64,000 bases of DNA, from the NCBI RefSeq assembly GCF_900215605.1, contig NZ_OBEL01000003.1, positions 319,523-383,522 on the forward strand. Direction: 5' to 3'. Position numbers and translations under genes: made by a program. The notes beneath the pieces are model-generated. The model did not search any database. It saw only the letters and a list, made by a program, of their open reading frames with translations, and was not told where the DNA came from. Positions within the stretch are counted from its first letter, which is position 1, and each line of letters starts with the position of its first letter. Positions 20,413-30,152 of the stretch are shown piece by piece. The DNA comes from Cohaesibacter gelatinilyticus. Its GTDB lineage: Bacteria; Pseudomonadota; Alphaproteobacteria; Rhizobiales; Cohaesibacteraceae.

Positions 20413-21045
20413 CTAAGAAAGCGCGCATGTAGCTGCTTGGAGCGCTTCGATATTGCATCCTTGAATGGCCTCTCGATGCTTACTGATCAGTTCCGGTGAC
20501 CAGTCCCACCAACTGAGTGCCAGCAAACGATCAACGATTTCTTCCTCAAACCGTAGTCGGATGAGTTCTGCCGGATTGCCGGCAACCATTCCATAGGACG
20601 GAACATCCCGACTGACGATGGCCCCAGCAGCGACAATGGCGCCCGAGCCAATGGCGACACCCGGTAGAATAGTCGCTTCCCGACCGATCCAGACATCATC
20701 GCCAATAATGGTATCGCCGCGACTCTGTTCTCTATATCCGTCAAGATCAAAGCCTTCCTGCCAACCACCGCCCATGACACCGAAGGGATAAGAGCTGAAG
20801 CCGCGCATGTCATGGTTGGCGCCATTCATGATGAAACGGGTGCCGGTGGCAATGGCGCAGAATTTTCCGATGATCAGTCGGTCACCCAGAAAATCGAAAT
20901 GATAGAGCACATTGCGCTCTTCAAAATGCTCCGGCCCCTCCGGGTCGTCATAATAGCTGTAGTCTCCCACTTCGATGAGGGGATTTCTGATCAAGGGTTT
21001 GAGAAAGCCAACGCGTTTGTGCCCGGCAATGGGAAACGGGCTCAT
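20413..21045 (-). CDS. Xenobiotic acetyltransferase family protein (Vat/CatB-like hexapeptide-repeat acyltransferase)
   Basis: ORF 20413-21090. Left-handed beta-helix hexapeptide repeats IGDDVWIGREATILPGVAIGSGAIVAAGAIV. The N-terminal region (YYDDPEG...HFDFLGDRLIIGKFC) is like Vat(A)/CatB. Start at MSPFPI is assumed. Confidence 0.65.
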   Translation of the reverse strand: MSPFPIAGHKRVGFLKPLIRNPLIEVGDYSYYDDPEGPEHFEERNVLYHFDFLGDRLIIGKFCAIATGTRFIMNGANHDMRGFSSYPFGVMGGGWQEGFDLDGYREQSRGDTIIGDDVWIGREATILPGVAIGSGAIVAAGAIVSRDVPSYGMVAGNPAELIRLRFEEEIVDRLLALSWWDWSPELISKHREAIQGCNIEALQAATCALS

Positions 21046-21323
21046 TGGATCAGGACCAATCTGGCCCGATGAATAGTCATGAGGATGCATGAAACTGACC
21101 TGTTCAAAATGAAAAAGACATACGAATAAGCAATCCCAATCCGGATTGAGGGTGGTGAGAAAATGATTGGGACATGCCTACAAATAGATCAGTTGGTCAT
21201 CGAACCTGTCCTTGGAACCCAGTCAGGAGAAAAGATATCAAACGCTATCATTGAATCTGGAAATGGCCAAATCCTTTGCAAGAGTTAAAACAGATCGCAC
21301 TCGGCATGCTGCAAAAAAGCAAC

Positions 21324-21354
21324 AAAAAAAGGCGACCCAAAGGCCGCCTTTTGA
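21324..21354 (-). terminator. Rho-independent terminator downstream of yidC (hairpin GGCGACC-caaa-GGCCGCC flanked by A7 and T4)
   Basis: Read directly in the sequence about 20 bp after the yidC stop. Confidence 0.5.
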
Positions 21355-21374
21355 AAATCACATACTGTATGCCT

Positions 21375-23183
21375 TTAATCGGCAGCAGGTTTTTTGAACG
21401 TACCTTTGATATTCTTGAAGATCTCGATTGGCACGCCATGCTTTTTCATGATGGTTGCCTGCTGCAAGATCGACAGGGTGTTGTTCCACGCCCAATAGAT
21501 CACCAGACCAGCCGGGAAGGTAGCCAGCATGAAGGTGAAGATTACGGGCATCCAGTTGAAGATCATCGCCTGGGTCGGATCGGTCGGCGCCGGATTCAAT
21601 TTCATCTGAACAAACATGGTGATACCCATGATCAAAGGCCAGATGCCAAGGATGAGGAAGCTTGGTGGATCCCACGGAATCAGACCGAACAGGGTGAACA
21701 TGTTGGTTGGATCGGGCGCAGACAAATCCTGAATCCAGCCAAAGAAAGGCGCATGACGCATTTCGATGGTGATGAACAACACTTTATAGAGCGAGAAGAA
21801 AACCGGGATCTGGATGAGGATTGGCAAACAACCGGCAAGCGGGTTGACCTTCTCTTCGCGATACAGATCCATGATGGCTTTCTGTTGAGCCTGCTTGTCA
21901 TCACCAAGCTTCTCCTTGATCTCTTCCATTTTTGGCTGAAGCATCTTCATCTTCGACATGGAAGCGTAAGATTTGTTTGCCAACGGGAAGAAGACCAGCT
22001 TGACCAGAACGGTGATAAGAAGGATCGCAACACCAAAGTTGCCAACCAGACCAAACAGGAAGTCAATGGCTACGAACATTGGTTTGGTGATGAAGTAGAA
22101 CCAGCCCCAATCGATCATCAGATCGAAATTCTTGGCATTGGTAACACCTTGAACCTGTTCCAGAACATCCACTTCCTTGGCACCGGCAAACAGGTTGGTC
22201 TTGAAGCTCGCAGTGCTACCTGCAGCAATTCCAACGGCATCACCCAGATAATCCGACTGGAAAGCAGGTTTGCCAGATGCATCGGAATAGCGGAAAGTTG
22301 GTTGGAAACCCTGACCCTGTGGCGGAATCAGGGCTGTTGCCCAATATTTATCAGTGATACCAACCCAGCCATCGGTAACCTTGGCTGGCTTTTCCAGCTT
22401 GGTCTCTACCAGATCTTCGTAATCAACTTCCTGAAGACCCTCTTCACCAGCAACACCGATAAGGCCTTCATGAAGGATATACAGACCTGTGGTCTGTGGC
22501 TGACCGTGACGAGAAACCAGTCCGTAAGGGAAGAGGGCTACGGCTGAATCTGTTTTGTTTTCGACAATCTGCTCCACTGTGAACAGATAGTTGGCATCAA
22601 CAGAGATCGTGCGTGTGAAGAGCAAACCTTCGCCGTTATCCCAAGTCAGAACCAATGGGGTGGCCTGTGTCAGGGTTGCGCCTTGTGGAGCAGTCCAGAC
22701 GGTTTGAGCGGTTGGCAGTTTCAGGTTGCGAGAACTATCCACCCAGCCGAACTCGGCATAATAGGCCTTGTCGGAACCAGAAGGTGCCAACAAGGTGATC
22801 GTTGGGCTGTCCTTTGACAATTCTTCGCGATAGGTGCTCAAATGCAAATCATCAAGGCGTGCGCCAGTCAGATTGATGCTACCGGTCAGCTTGGGCGTCT
22901 CGATCTTGATCCGGCTGGTCTCGGCCAGAACAGCTTCGGTGCTTTGGGGCGAACCTGGCACTGCTGCAGTCTCTGTACCCGGTACTGCGGCAGTTCCTGC
23001 TGCAGGAGCTGGAATTGTGCCATCTTGCTGACCAGAAGCCGTATTCTTGGCTGCCTCAGCTGCCAGCTGCTCCTGACGAGCCTTTTCCTGTTCCATTTGC
23101 GGGCCGGCAATAAAATATTGCCATCCCAAAAGCACTAAGAAGGAAAGTGCAATTGCAAGGAAAAAGTTGCGATTATTTTCCAT
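21375..23183 (-). CDS. yidC: Membrane protein insertase YidC
   Basis: 602 aa. N-terminal transmembrane helix, then a periplasmic domain. The C-terminal 60-kDa inner-membrane-protein core has 5 transmembrane helices and the conserved WGW/PL motifs. Located downstream of rnpA. Confidence 0.9.
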   Translation of the reverse strand: MENNRNFFLAIALSFLVLLGWQYFIAGPQMEQEKARQEQLAAEAAKNTASGQQDGTIPAPAAGTAAVPGTETAAVPGSPQSTEAVLAETSRIKIETPKLTGSINLTGARLDDLHLSTYREELSKDSPTITLLAPSGSDKAYYAEFGWVDSSRNLKLPTAQTVWTAPQGATLTQATPLVLTWDNGEGLLFTRTISVDANYLFTVEQIVENKTDSAVALFPYGLVSRHGQPQTTGLYILHEGLIGVAGEEGLQEVDYEDLVETKLEKPAKVTDGWVGITDKYWATALIPPQGQGFQPTFRYSDASGKPAFQSDYLGDAVGIAAGSTASFKTNLFAGAKEVDVLEQVQGVTNAKNFDLMIDWGWFYFITKPMFVAIDFLFGLVGNFGVAILLITVLVKLVFFPLANKSYASMSKMKMLQPKMEEIKEKLGDDKQAQQKAIMDLYREEKVNPLAGCLPILIQIPVFFSLYKVLFITIEMRHAPFFGWIQDLSAPDPTNMFTLFGLIPWDPPSFLILGIWPLIMGITMFVQMKLNPAPTDPTQAMIFNWMPVIFTFMLATFPAGLVIYWAWNNTLSILQQATIMKKHGVPIEIFKNIKGTFKKPAAD

Positions 23184-23292
23184 CGACCGTCTTCATCCCG
23201 TTATCCTGTCGTCCGGCTGGACGGTATGAATGATGCTAGCAAGGGGATCTTGCACAGCACCATGCTTAAAACTCACAAATAGTTCAAGCGCT

Positions 23293-23670
23293 CTAGTTTT
23301 CAACCTTGCGGGCACCGGGCTTTCGGTTAAAGCCACGCTGCTTTTTGGCTGCTTGCCCAATTGCGCCACGAAAATCCGCAATCAACTGGTCGTAATCCAG
23401 ATGGAGAGCTGCCCGGCGGCCAATCAGAACGTAGTCCTGACCATCCGCCATGAGGTTCGGTCCATGAAGGCGGGCAAGCTCGCGCAATCGGCGCTTGATT
23501 CGATTTCGTACAACAGCATTGCCAACTTTTTTTGTCACCGTGAAACCCACGCGCGCGGGACCCGGATCTTCTGGTTTTCGGCGTACTGCTTGAAGTACGA
23601 AACCGCGGCGAGGGATGCGCACACCCTTCGCCGCGGTTAAAAATTCGGCGCGTTTCTTTAACCGAAGCAT
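23293..23670 (-). CDS. rnpA: Ribonuclease P protein component
   Basis: 125 aa. Basic RNR motif VVRNRIKRRLRE. Positioned between rpmH and yidC. Confidence 0.85.
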   Translation of the reverse strand: MLRLKKRAEFLTAAKGVRIPRRGFVLQAVRRKPEDPGPARVGFTVTKKVGNAVVRNRIKRRLRELARLHGPNLMADGQDYVLIGRRAALHLDYDQLIADFRGAIGQAAKKQRGFNRKPGARKVEN

Positions 23671-23763
23671 GATCTTTCTCGCTTGGTTGAGCGCCAGTCA
23701 GCACAAGGCTCCAGACACACAAAAACCGCCGAACCGAAATGGTGGGCGGTTGATGTGCTAGTC

Positions 23764-23898
23764 TTAAGCTGAAAGACGCTTGCGTCCTTTTGCCCGGCGG
23801 CGTGCCAAGACCTGACGGCCATTTTTGGTTGCCATACGCGCCCGGAAGCCATGGCGGCGCTTGCGCACCAGTCGGCTTGGCTGATAAGTCCGTTTCAT
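23764..23898 (-). CDS. rpmH: 50S ribosomal protein L34
   Basis: 44 aa, below the ORF-track cutoff. Manual translation gives [44 protein letters not shown], near-identical to the universal L34 sequence. The stop is TAA. Confidence 0.9.
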   Translation of the reverse strand: MKRTYQPSRLVRKRRHGFRARMATKNGRQVLARRRAKGRKRLSA

Positions 23899-24339
23899 GG
23901 GCTTTTTCCGCTTTCGCGGCCCCTTTTTTGAATTTTTTCAAATCCCATCAAGATCAGAGAAAAAGAGCGCCCCGAAGCGGGACGCAGCAGACGATCCTGA
24001 TACACTTGGCTCGGCTTATACGGAGATGTGGCTGATGAGTCAATCTGCAATCAGCGCCAATTGCAGATATTTCTATCCCCATCCCCCCTCTTTTACCTAA
24101 CAAAAGGTTAAAACAGGCCGTCCAAAATACAAAAGCGCCGATTTCTGCCAACTCTCCCTCACAGAGTTCTCGAATCCTCTACCGCGCTGGTGAGCGGAAA
24201 CAGCATCCTTATCACAGCAGCGTGAGGGGGGCATCAGCTGCGGATCAAATGACGGTGAGGAGCCCCACAAACGCAGATTTTCCCGCTATATAGGGAAAGG
24301 AAGAAGCGGCGCACAAGCGTTTACAAACCAGATATAATA

Positions 24340-25218
24340 TTGGAACAAGAGGCCCCGATGTCAGCTCCGATCCCGAATATGAAGGCGATAAAGTCCCCGC
24401 ACCAGAAGCAACAAACGTCAGTCGCGCTTGTTGCTGTGATGGCAGCCTTGGCAATGGGTATGATCACAGCCCCCGCCAAGGCTGCTTCGCTGGCCTCGCA
24501 TTTCAAGGCAAACGGATCGGGAAGTCTTGATCATTCCGACTATAGTGCGCTTTTGAAACGCTATGTGGTAAAGGGGCGTGATGGTCTGAACCGGGTCAAC
24601 TATCGCGGGTTGAAAAGCCAGCATTCTGCGTTGAAGGCCTATATCACGCGTATGGAAGCGGTGAAGGTCAAGTCTCTCTCTTCCAACGCAGCCAAAGCTT
24701 TCTGGATCAACCTTTACAACGCCAAGACCTTGGATGTGGTGGTGAATCGTTATCCAGTCAAATCCATCAAGGATATCAAGCTTGGTGGTGGTTTCTTTGG
24801 TTCTGGTCCATGGAAGAAGAAACTGGTGACGGTAGGCGGCAAGAAATTGTCTCTCGATGATATCGAGCACAATATCGCTCGTAAAATATGGAGAGACCCT
24901 CGCCTGCACTATGGCTTCAACTGCGCCTCGATTGGGTGTCCCAATCTGCTGACGGAAGCATTCAAGGGTTCAAAAATTGATGCCCAGCTTAACAAGGCTG
25001 CGAGCGACTATATCAATCACCCGCGTGGTGTTGCCGTGTCTGCCAGGGGAATCAAGGCGTCAAAAATCTATGATTGGTATGACGATGATTTCGGATCCAC
25101 CAGGCAATTGATTGCCCATTGGCAACGATATGCAAGCCCCAAACTCAAACAGGCATTAAGCAAACACAAATCAATCAATGGTTATGCTTATAATTGGTCC
25201 TTAAACGATGCCCGGTGA
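24340..25218 (+). CDS. DUF547 domain-containing protein (probably secreted or periplasmic)
   Basis: 292 aa. Signal-like region SVALVAVMAALAMGMITAPAKAAS. Motifs characteristic of DUF547: WINLYNA, LSLDDIEH, DPRLHYGFNCASIGCPNL. Confidence 0.6.
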   Translation: MEQEAPMSAPIPNMKAIKSPHQKQQTSVALVAVMAALAMGMITAPAKAASLASHFKANGSGSLDHSDYSALLKRYVVKGRDGLNRVNYRGLKSQHSALKAYITRMEAVKVKSLSSNAAKAFWINLYNAKTLDVVVNRYPVKSIKDIKLGGGFFGSGPWKKKLVTVGGKKLSLDDIEHNIARKIWRDPRLHYGFNCASIGCPNLLTEAFKGSKIDAQLNKAASDYINHPRGVAVSARGIKASKIYDWYDDDFGSTRQLIAHWQRYASPKLKQALSKHKSINGYAYNWSLNDAR

Positions 25219-26050
25219 TAACGACATGCACGATCAACAACAATCAGCAAATGCTCCGATGGATAGCGCAAGCACACCGGACATGAATCAGACTTCCAAT
25301 GCCTCGACCCTTGCCAAGAAATGGGGCCCTCTTGCAGTCATCGTCATTTTGATGGCCGTTGGTTTTTCGCAAGGATGGCATCAATATCTCTCGCTCGATT
25401 CGCTGGTCAAAAACCGTGAATTGCTGCGTGGGTATGTAGAGCAGAATTATCTGCTCATGGTCGGTGGTTTTGCCCTTGCCTATATTGCTGCAGTGGCCTT
25501 GTCTTTCCCAGGGGCATCTTTCCTCACCATTGGCGGTGGTTTCCTCTTTGGCTGGGCCGTTGGCGGTGCGGTGACAGTTCTTGCGGCAACCATTGGTGCA
25601 TCCCTGATTTTTCTGGCAGCGCGCTCATCTTTTGGCGAATCTCTACGCTCCAAGGCAGGCGGTTTCATTGATCGATTTGCGGAAGGCTTTCGTGAAGATG
25701 CTTTCAATTATCTGCTTTTCCTGCGCCTTGTTCCGCTCTTCCCATTCTGGTTGATCAATCTTGCTCCGGCTCTGTTCAATGTGCGCCTGGGTTCCTATTT
25801 CTTTGCCACCTTGTTTGGCATCCTGCCCGGCACTTTTGCTTATGCTTTCATCGGTTCTGGTCTGGACAGTGTGATTGAAGCCCAACATGCCGCCAATCCA
25901 GCCTGCGCGGCGGATCCAAGCTGCACCGTGACGCTGGATACATCTGCGATTATCACACCGGAATTGATTGCTGCCTTCGTAGCACTGGGTGTGGTCTCGC
26001 TAATCCCACCGGTATTGAAGGCCGTCAAAAAACGCAGAAGCGAAAAATAG
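25208..26050 (+). CDS. TVP38/TMEM64 (DedA-superfamily) membrane protein
   Basis: 280 aa, multi-pass. Motif region FPGASFLTIGGGFLFG and FLRLVPLFPFWLINL typical of SNARE-associated/DedA proteins. The start may be at 25226. Confidence 0.7.
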   Translation: MPGDNDMHDQQQSANAPMDSASTPDMNQTSNASTLAKKWGPLAVIVILMAVGFSQGWHQYLSLDSLVKNRELLRGYVEQNYLLMVGGFALAYIAAVALSFPGASFLTIGGGFLFGWAVGGAVTVLAATIGASLIFLAARSSFGESLRSKAGGFIDRFAEGFREDAFNYLLFLRLVPLFPFWLINLAPALFNVRLGSYFFATLFGILPGTFAYAFIGSGLDSVIEAQHAANPACAADPSCTVTLDTSAIITPELIAAFVALGVVSLIPPVLKAVKKRRSEK

Positions 26051-26114
26051 ACCCTGAAAAATTTTTAAAGAATCGGGCACTGTTGGACAGGCTGCCCAAC
26101 AAGGAAACTGTATC

Positions 26115-27560
26115 ATGACCGAACAGATTAAAGCAGATATTTGTGTGATTGGCGCCGGTTCTGGCGGCCTTTCTGTCGCCGCCGCTGCCGCTGCCTTTGG
26201 TGAAAAAGTGGTTTTGTTGGAAAAGGCCAAAATGGGTGGTGATTGCCTCAATTATGGTTGTGTGCCTTCCAAGGCCATGATTGCTGCAGGCAAGCAGGCC
26301 CAGACCATTCGTGATGCGGTGAAGTTTGGTGTCAGTGCAGGTGAGCCAGAGGTCAACTACCAGGCAGTACATGACCATATTCATTCGGTCATTGCGGCGA
26401 TCGAACCCAATGATTCTGTCGAACGCTTCGAAGGACTTGGTGTGCAGGTTATCCAGCAGGCCGGCAAGTTCAAGGATGCCAAAACCGTGGTAACGGCCGA
26501 TGGCAAGACCGAGATCACAGCACGTCATTTCGTCATCTCAACGGGCTCTTCCGCAGCCAAACTGCCAATCGAAGGTCTGGATGATGTCAATTATCTGACC
26601 AATGAAACCGTTTTTGATCTGACGGAGCAGCCAAAGAAGCTTGTCATCATCGGTGGCGGCCCTATCGGTATGGAATTGGCGCAGGCACAACGCCGTCTGG
26701 GCACCGATGTAACAGTCCTGGAAGCCTTCAATGTTCTGGGCAAAGATGACCCTGAGCTTACTGCAGTGGTAATCGATCAGATTCGTCGTGACGGTGTGGA
26801 GCTGCGTGAAGGTGCCAAGATCCTGCGTGTTGAGAAAGGCGATGAAGCTTTCGATCACAGCGCCAAGATCATTTTGGAAGGTGAAGACGGCGAGGAGGAT
26901 GTGCTGGAGGCAACCCATTTGATGGTTGCGGCTGGTCGTGCGCCAAATGTAAATGGTCTGGATCTGGAAAAAGCCAATATTACCTATGACAAGCGCGGCA
27001 TCAAGGTCAAGGATACCCTGAAAACCACCAATCGTCGCGTCTTCGCCATCGGCGATGTGACCGGTGGTCTGCAATTCACCCATGTTGCCGGATATCACGC
27101 CGGTTTGGTGATACGCTCCATTCTCTTCCGTATGACGGCTCGCGAAAACCGCAATATCATTCCATGGGTTACCTATACCGCACCAGAAATGGCCCATGTC
27201 GGTATGAATGAGGAGCAGGCCAAGCAAAAGCATCGTGACATTCGCATTCTTCGTTGGCCTTATGGCGAGAATGATCGCGCGCAAGCTGAACGCAAGACAG
27301 CTGGTCTGATCAAGATCGTGACCGACAAGCGTGGCAACATTCTGGGAGCATCCATTGTTGGTGAAAATGCTGGTGAAATGATCAATATGTGGTCTTTGAT
27401 CATCTCTCAGAAGATGAATGTCAAAGCCATCACTGGTTATATTTCTCCTTATCCTACTCTGTCCGAGATTGGACGTCGCGCGGCGATCAGTTATTATGGC
27501 GATCTGCCGAAGAAACCAATGATTCGGCGGACAATTTCCTTCTTCAAGTTTTTTGGATAG
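26115..27560 (+). CDS. FAD-dependent pyridine nucleotide-disulfide oxidoreductase (dihydrolipoyl dehydrogenase / mercuric reductase-like, class I)
   Basis: 481 aa. FAD motif ICVIGAGSGG. Redox-active disulfide GGDCLNYGCVPSK. NAD motif LVIIGGGPIGMELA. C-terminal dimerisation domain. Confidence 0.8.
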   Translation: MTEQIKADICVIGAGSGGLSVAAAAAAFGEKVVLLEKAKMGGDCLNYGCVPSKAMIAAGKQAQTIRDAVKFGVSAGEPEVNYQAVHDHIHSVIAAIEPNDSVERFEGLGVQVIQQAGKFKDAKTVVTADGKTEITARHFVISTGSSAAKLPIEGLDDVNYLTNETVFDLTEQPKKLVIIGGGPIGMELAQAQRRLGTDVTVLEAFNVLGKDDPELTAVVIDQIRRDGVELREGAKILRVEKGDEAFDHSAKIILEGEDGEEDVLEATHLMVAAGRAPNVNGLDLEKANITYDKRGIKVKDTLKTTNRRVFAIGDVTGGLQFTHVAGYHAGLVIRSILFRMTARENRNIIPWVTYTAPEMAHVGMNEEQAKQKHRDIRILRWPYGENDRAQAERKTAGLIKIVTDKRGNILGASIVGENAGEMINMWSLIISQKMNVKAITGYISPYPTLSEIGRRAAISYYGDLPKKPMIRRTISFFKFFG

Positions 27561-27617
27561 AAGGCGCCATCGGCACGGAAATATGGGTGTGCGGTTTGCT
27601 ATGGTGTCTTCTTAAGC

Positions 27618-28448
27618 ATGGAAGACGCCATGGCCGAACTTTTCTCCCTCGACAATCTTTTCACCTTTTTTATGCTCACCGCCCTGCAGGCCGTACTGGG
27701 CTTTGACAACCTTCTTTATATCTCGATCGAATCCAAGCGTGTACGGGCTGACAAGCAAGCCATGGTGCGCAAGGTTGGTATTGGGCTGGCTATTTTGCTG
27801 CGGTTGGTATTGCTGTTCGCCATATTGTCCGCCGTTCAGTATTTTCAAACGCCTTTCTTCTCCGTTCACTGGACCGGCATCGTGGAAGGTGAGGTCAATG
27901 TTCATGCCTTTATCACGCTGATTGGTGGTGCTTTCATCATCTATACGGCAGTGAAGGAAATCATGCATATGCTTGCCATTGATGATCTTGAAGGTCATGC
28001 CGCCGGCAAAGCGACACGTTCGGTAGCAAGTGCGATCACCTGGATCGTGGTCATGAACCTGATCTTCTCCTTCGATTCCATTCTCTCTGCCATGGCTTTG
28101 ACCAATGTCTTCATCGTTATGGCCGCTGCAATTGTCGTGTCTGGTCTGGGTATGATCTATCTGGCGGATCGAGTCTCCGACTTTTTGCAAAAAAACCGTA
28201 TGTATGAAGTGCTCGGCCTGTTCGTTCTCTTCATTGTCGGTATCATGCTAATCTCGGAAGGCGGGCATTTGGCGCATCTGACCTTCTTTGGCTACAAAGT
28301 GGAAGCTATGGCCAAGTCTACCTTCTATTTCGTGCTGGCAATCCTTGTGATTGTCGATATCGTGCAGGGCCGCTACCAGAGAAAGCTTCTGGCGCAGCGT
28401 GAGCACGAGATACAGCTGAAGACTGAAGCGGCGAAAACTGCGAGCTAA
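27618..28448 (+). CDS. TerC family integral membrane protein
   Basis: 276 aa. TerC signature LQAVLGFDNLLYISI and a second half-repeat FSFDSILSA. Confidence 0.75.
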   Translation: MEDAMAELFSLDNLFTFFMLTALQAVLGFDNLLYISIESKRVRADKQAMVRKVGIGLAILLRLVLLFAILSAVQYFQTPFFSVHWTGIVEGEVNVHAFITLIGGAFIIYTAVKEIMHMLAIDDLEGHAAGKATRSVASAITWIVVMNLIFSFDSILSAMALTNVFIVMAAAIVVSGLGMIYLADRVSDFLQKNRMYEVLGLFVLFIVGIMLISEGGHLAHLTFFGYKVEAMAKSTFYFVLAILVIVDIVQGRYQRKLLAQREHEIQLKTEAAKTAS

Positions 28449-28474
28449 GGAAAATTCTCAAGGAGTATTCGGAC

Positions 28475-28903
28475 ATGTCGGAGCGCATCATCATCAAGGA
28501 TGGATTGTCTCTGGATGCCGATGAGATTCAAGAACGCTTCATCCGGGCTTCTGGCCCGGGTGGGCAGAATGTCAACAAGGTTTCGACCGCAGTTGAACTG
28601 CGTTTCAACGTAGGTCGTTCGCCTTCCTTGCCCACCTATATCAAAGCCAATTTACGCAGACAGGCGTCCCATTTGATGACGCAAGAGGGTGAGCTGGTCA
28701 TGCAGGTGCAAACCCATCGGACACAAGCCCGCAATCGTGAAGAAGCCATTGAGCGATTGATCGCCCTGATCGAGAAAGCCTCCTATCGACCCAAGCGACG
28801 CATTGCAACCAAGCCCACCAAGGGAAGTAAAAAGCGCCGTATGGATTCCAAGACCAAACGCGGAGCGCTTAAGAAACTTCGTTCCAAGGGCTCTTACGAT
28901 TGA
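28475..28903 (+). CDS. arfB: Alternative ribosome-rescue factor ArfB (peptidyl-tRNA hydrolase, YaeJ-like)
   Basis: 142 aa. GGQ motif in SGPGGQNVNKVSTAVELRF. Basic C-terminal tail KKRRMDSKTKRGALKK. Confidence 0.8.
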   Translation: MSERIIIKDGLSLDADEIQERFIRASGPGGQNVNKVSTAVELRFNVGRSPSLPTYIKANLRRQASHLMTQEGELVMQVQTHRTQARNREEAIERLIALIEKASYRPKRRIATKPTKGSKKRRMDSKTKRGALKKLRSKGSYD

Positions 28904-29111
28904 TCCATTCGGTCGTGTGTTTAGACTTGTCAGGGTGAGTGGCATTTCATAGGCTATTTTTCCCAATTCATCGCATCAGAGCGCGTTCCCGAAAAGTTAC
29001 AGACTTTTCGGATAAGTACTCGCTTGAAAAAAAGTTCAAAAAGCCTTTTTGATGATGCCGCCATCATCAGACAGGTTTTTGCGAAAGATCCAGTTCGGAA
29101 AAGGCCCTCAT

Positions 29112-30095
29112 ATGTCAAAAATGCAACGCATCGAAATTGCTGCCCATGGCGGCACGGATCAAATGAAGCTTCAAGAGCGCGATATCTCGACGCTTCAAGC
29201 AGGTCAGATTTTGGTGCGTCATGAGGCAATTGGCGTCAATTTCATTGATACCTACCACCGAACCGGCCTGTATCCGGTTCCATCCCTTCCGTCCGGTCTT
29301 GGAGGTGAAGCGGCGGGTGTGGTGGAAGCCATCGGAGAGAACGTTGAGCATGTCAAGGTCGGTGACCGGGTGGCTTATTGCTCCGGCCCCATTGGCTCTT
29401 ATGCCACGCATAATGTGATTGCTGCTGACAGCGCCGTTCTACTTCCCAATTCTATCTCATCCAAGCAAGCCGCAGCTTCCTTGCTGAAGGGCCTGACGGT
29501 ACAATATCTTATTCGCCAGATCTATCCGGTCAAGGCGGGCGAAACGGTGCTTTTCCACGCGGCAGCTGGCGGAGTTGGAACTCTGGCTGTGCAATGGCTG
29601 AAACATATCGGCGTCGAAGTGATCGGCACTGTGGGGTCTGATGACAAGGCAGATCTGGTCCGCAAGCTTGGCTGCGATCACATCATCAATTACCGAAAGG
29701 ATGTGGTTTCTGAGAAGGTTGATCAGATCACGGATGGTGCCAAGCTACCGGTCGTTTTTGACGGGGTGGGCAAGGATACATTTGCAGATAGTTTGAAATG
29801 CTTGCATCGCCGTGGCTTGATGGTCAGTTTTGGCAACGCGTCCGGCCCGGTCGATGGTGTCAATCTGGGCATTCTGGCCAGCCATGGTTCGCTCTTCGTG
29901 ACCCGCCCAACATTGTATGACTATATTCCGACGCGCCCGGATCTGGAGCAGGCAGCCAATGACTTCTTTGCCGCGATCTCGGCTGGTGGCATCAAAATTG
30001 CGGATCCTGCGGAATATGCCCTGCAGGATGCAGCAAGAGCCCATGAGGATCTGCAAGCCCGCCTGACAACAGGCTCTATCATTTTGGTGCCTTGA
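29112..30095 (+). CDS. NADPH:quinone oxidoreductase (zinc-type alcohol dehydrogenase-like, Qor family)
   Basis: Start at MSKMQRIE (29112). MDR-superfamily nucleotide motif AAAGGVG. The profile is typical of zeta-crystallin/quinone reductases. Confidence 0.8.
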   Translation: MSKMQRIEIAAHGGTDQMKLQERDISTLQAGQILVRHEAIGVNFIDTYHRTGLYPVPSLPSGLGGEAAGVVEAIGENVEHVKVGDRVAYCSGPIGSYATHNVIAADSAVLLPNSISSKQAAASLLKGLTVQYLIRQIYPVKAGETVLFHAAAGGVGTLAVQWLKHIGVEVIGTVGSDDKADLVRKLGCDHIINYRKDVVSEKVDQITDGAKLPVVFDGVGKDTFADSLKCLHRRGLMVSFGNASGPVDGVNLGILASHGSLFVTRPTLYDYIPTRPDLEQAANDFFAAISAGGIKIADPAEYALQDAARAHEDLQARLTTGSIILVP

Positions 30096-30114
30096 TAGAT
30101 AAATAAGAACTCAA

Positions 30115-30149
30115 GAAAAAAAGCCCTGCTGAACTAACAGGGCTTTTTC
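30115..30149. terminator. Bidirectional rho-independent terminator between convergent qor and rsgA (AGCCCTG-ctgaactaa-CAGGGCT flanked by A7 and T5)
   Basis: Read directly in the sequence. Confidence 0.65.
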
Positions 30150-30152
30150 ATG

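Noticed and set aside
23193-23381. 62-aa ORF as possible YidD
   Set aside because: It lacks the conserved YidD cysteine and proline signature and overlaps the rnpA 3' end.
23327-23941. 204-aa ORF spanning rnpA and rpmH
   Set aside because: It is out of frame with two well-supported genes (RNase P protein and L34) on the same strand, and its product is a low-complexity Arg/Pro/Ser-rich artefact.
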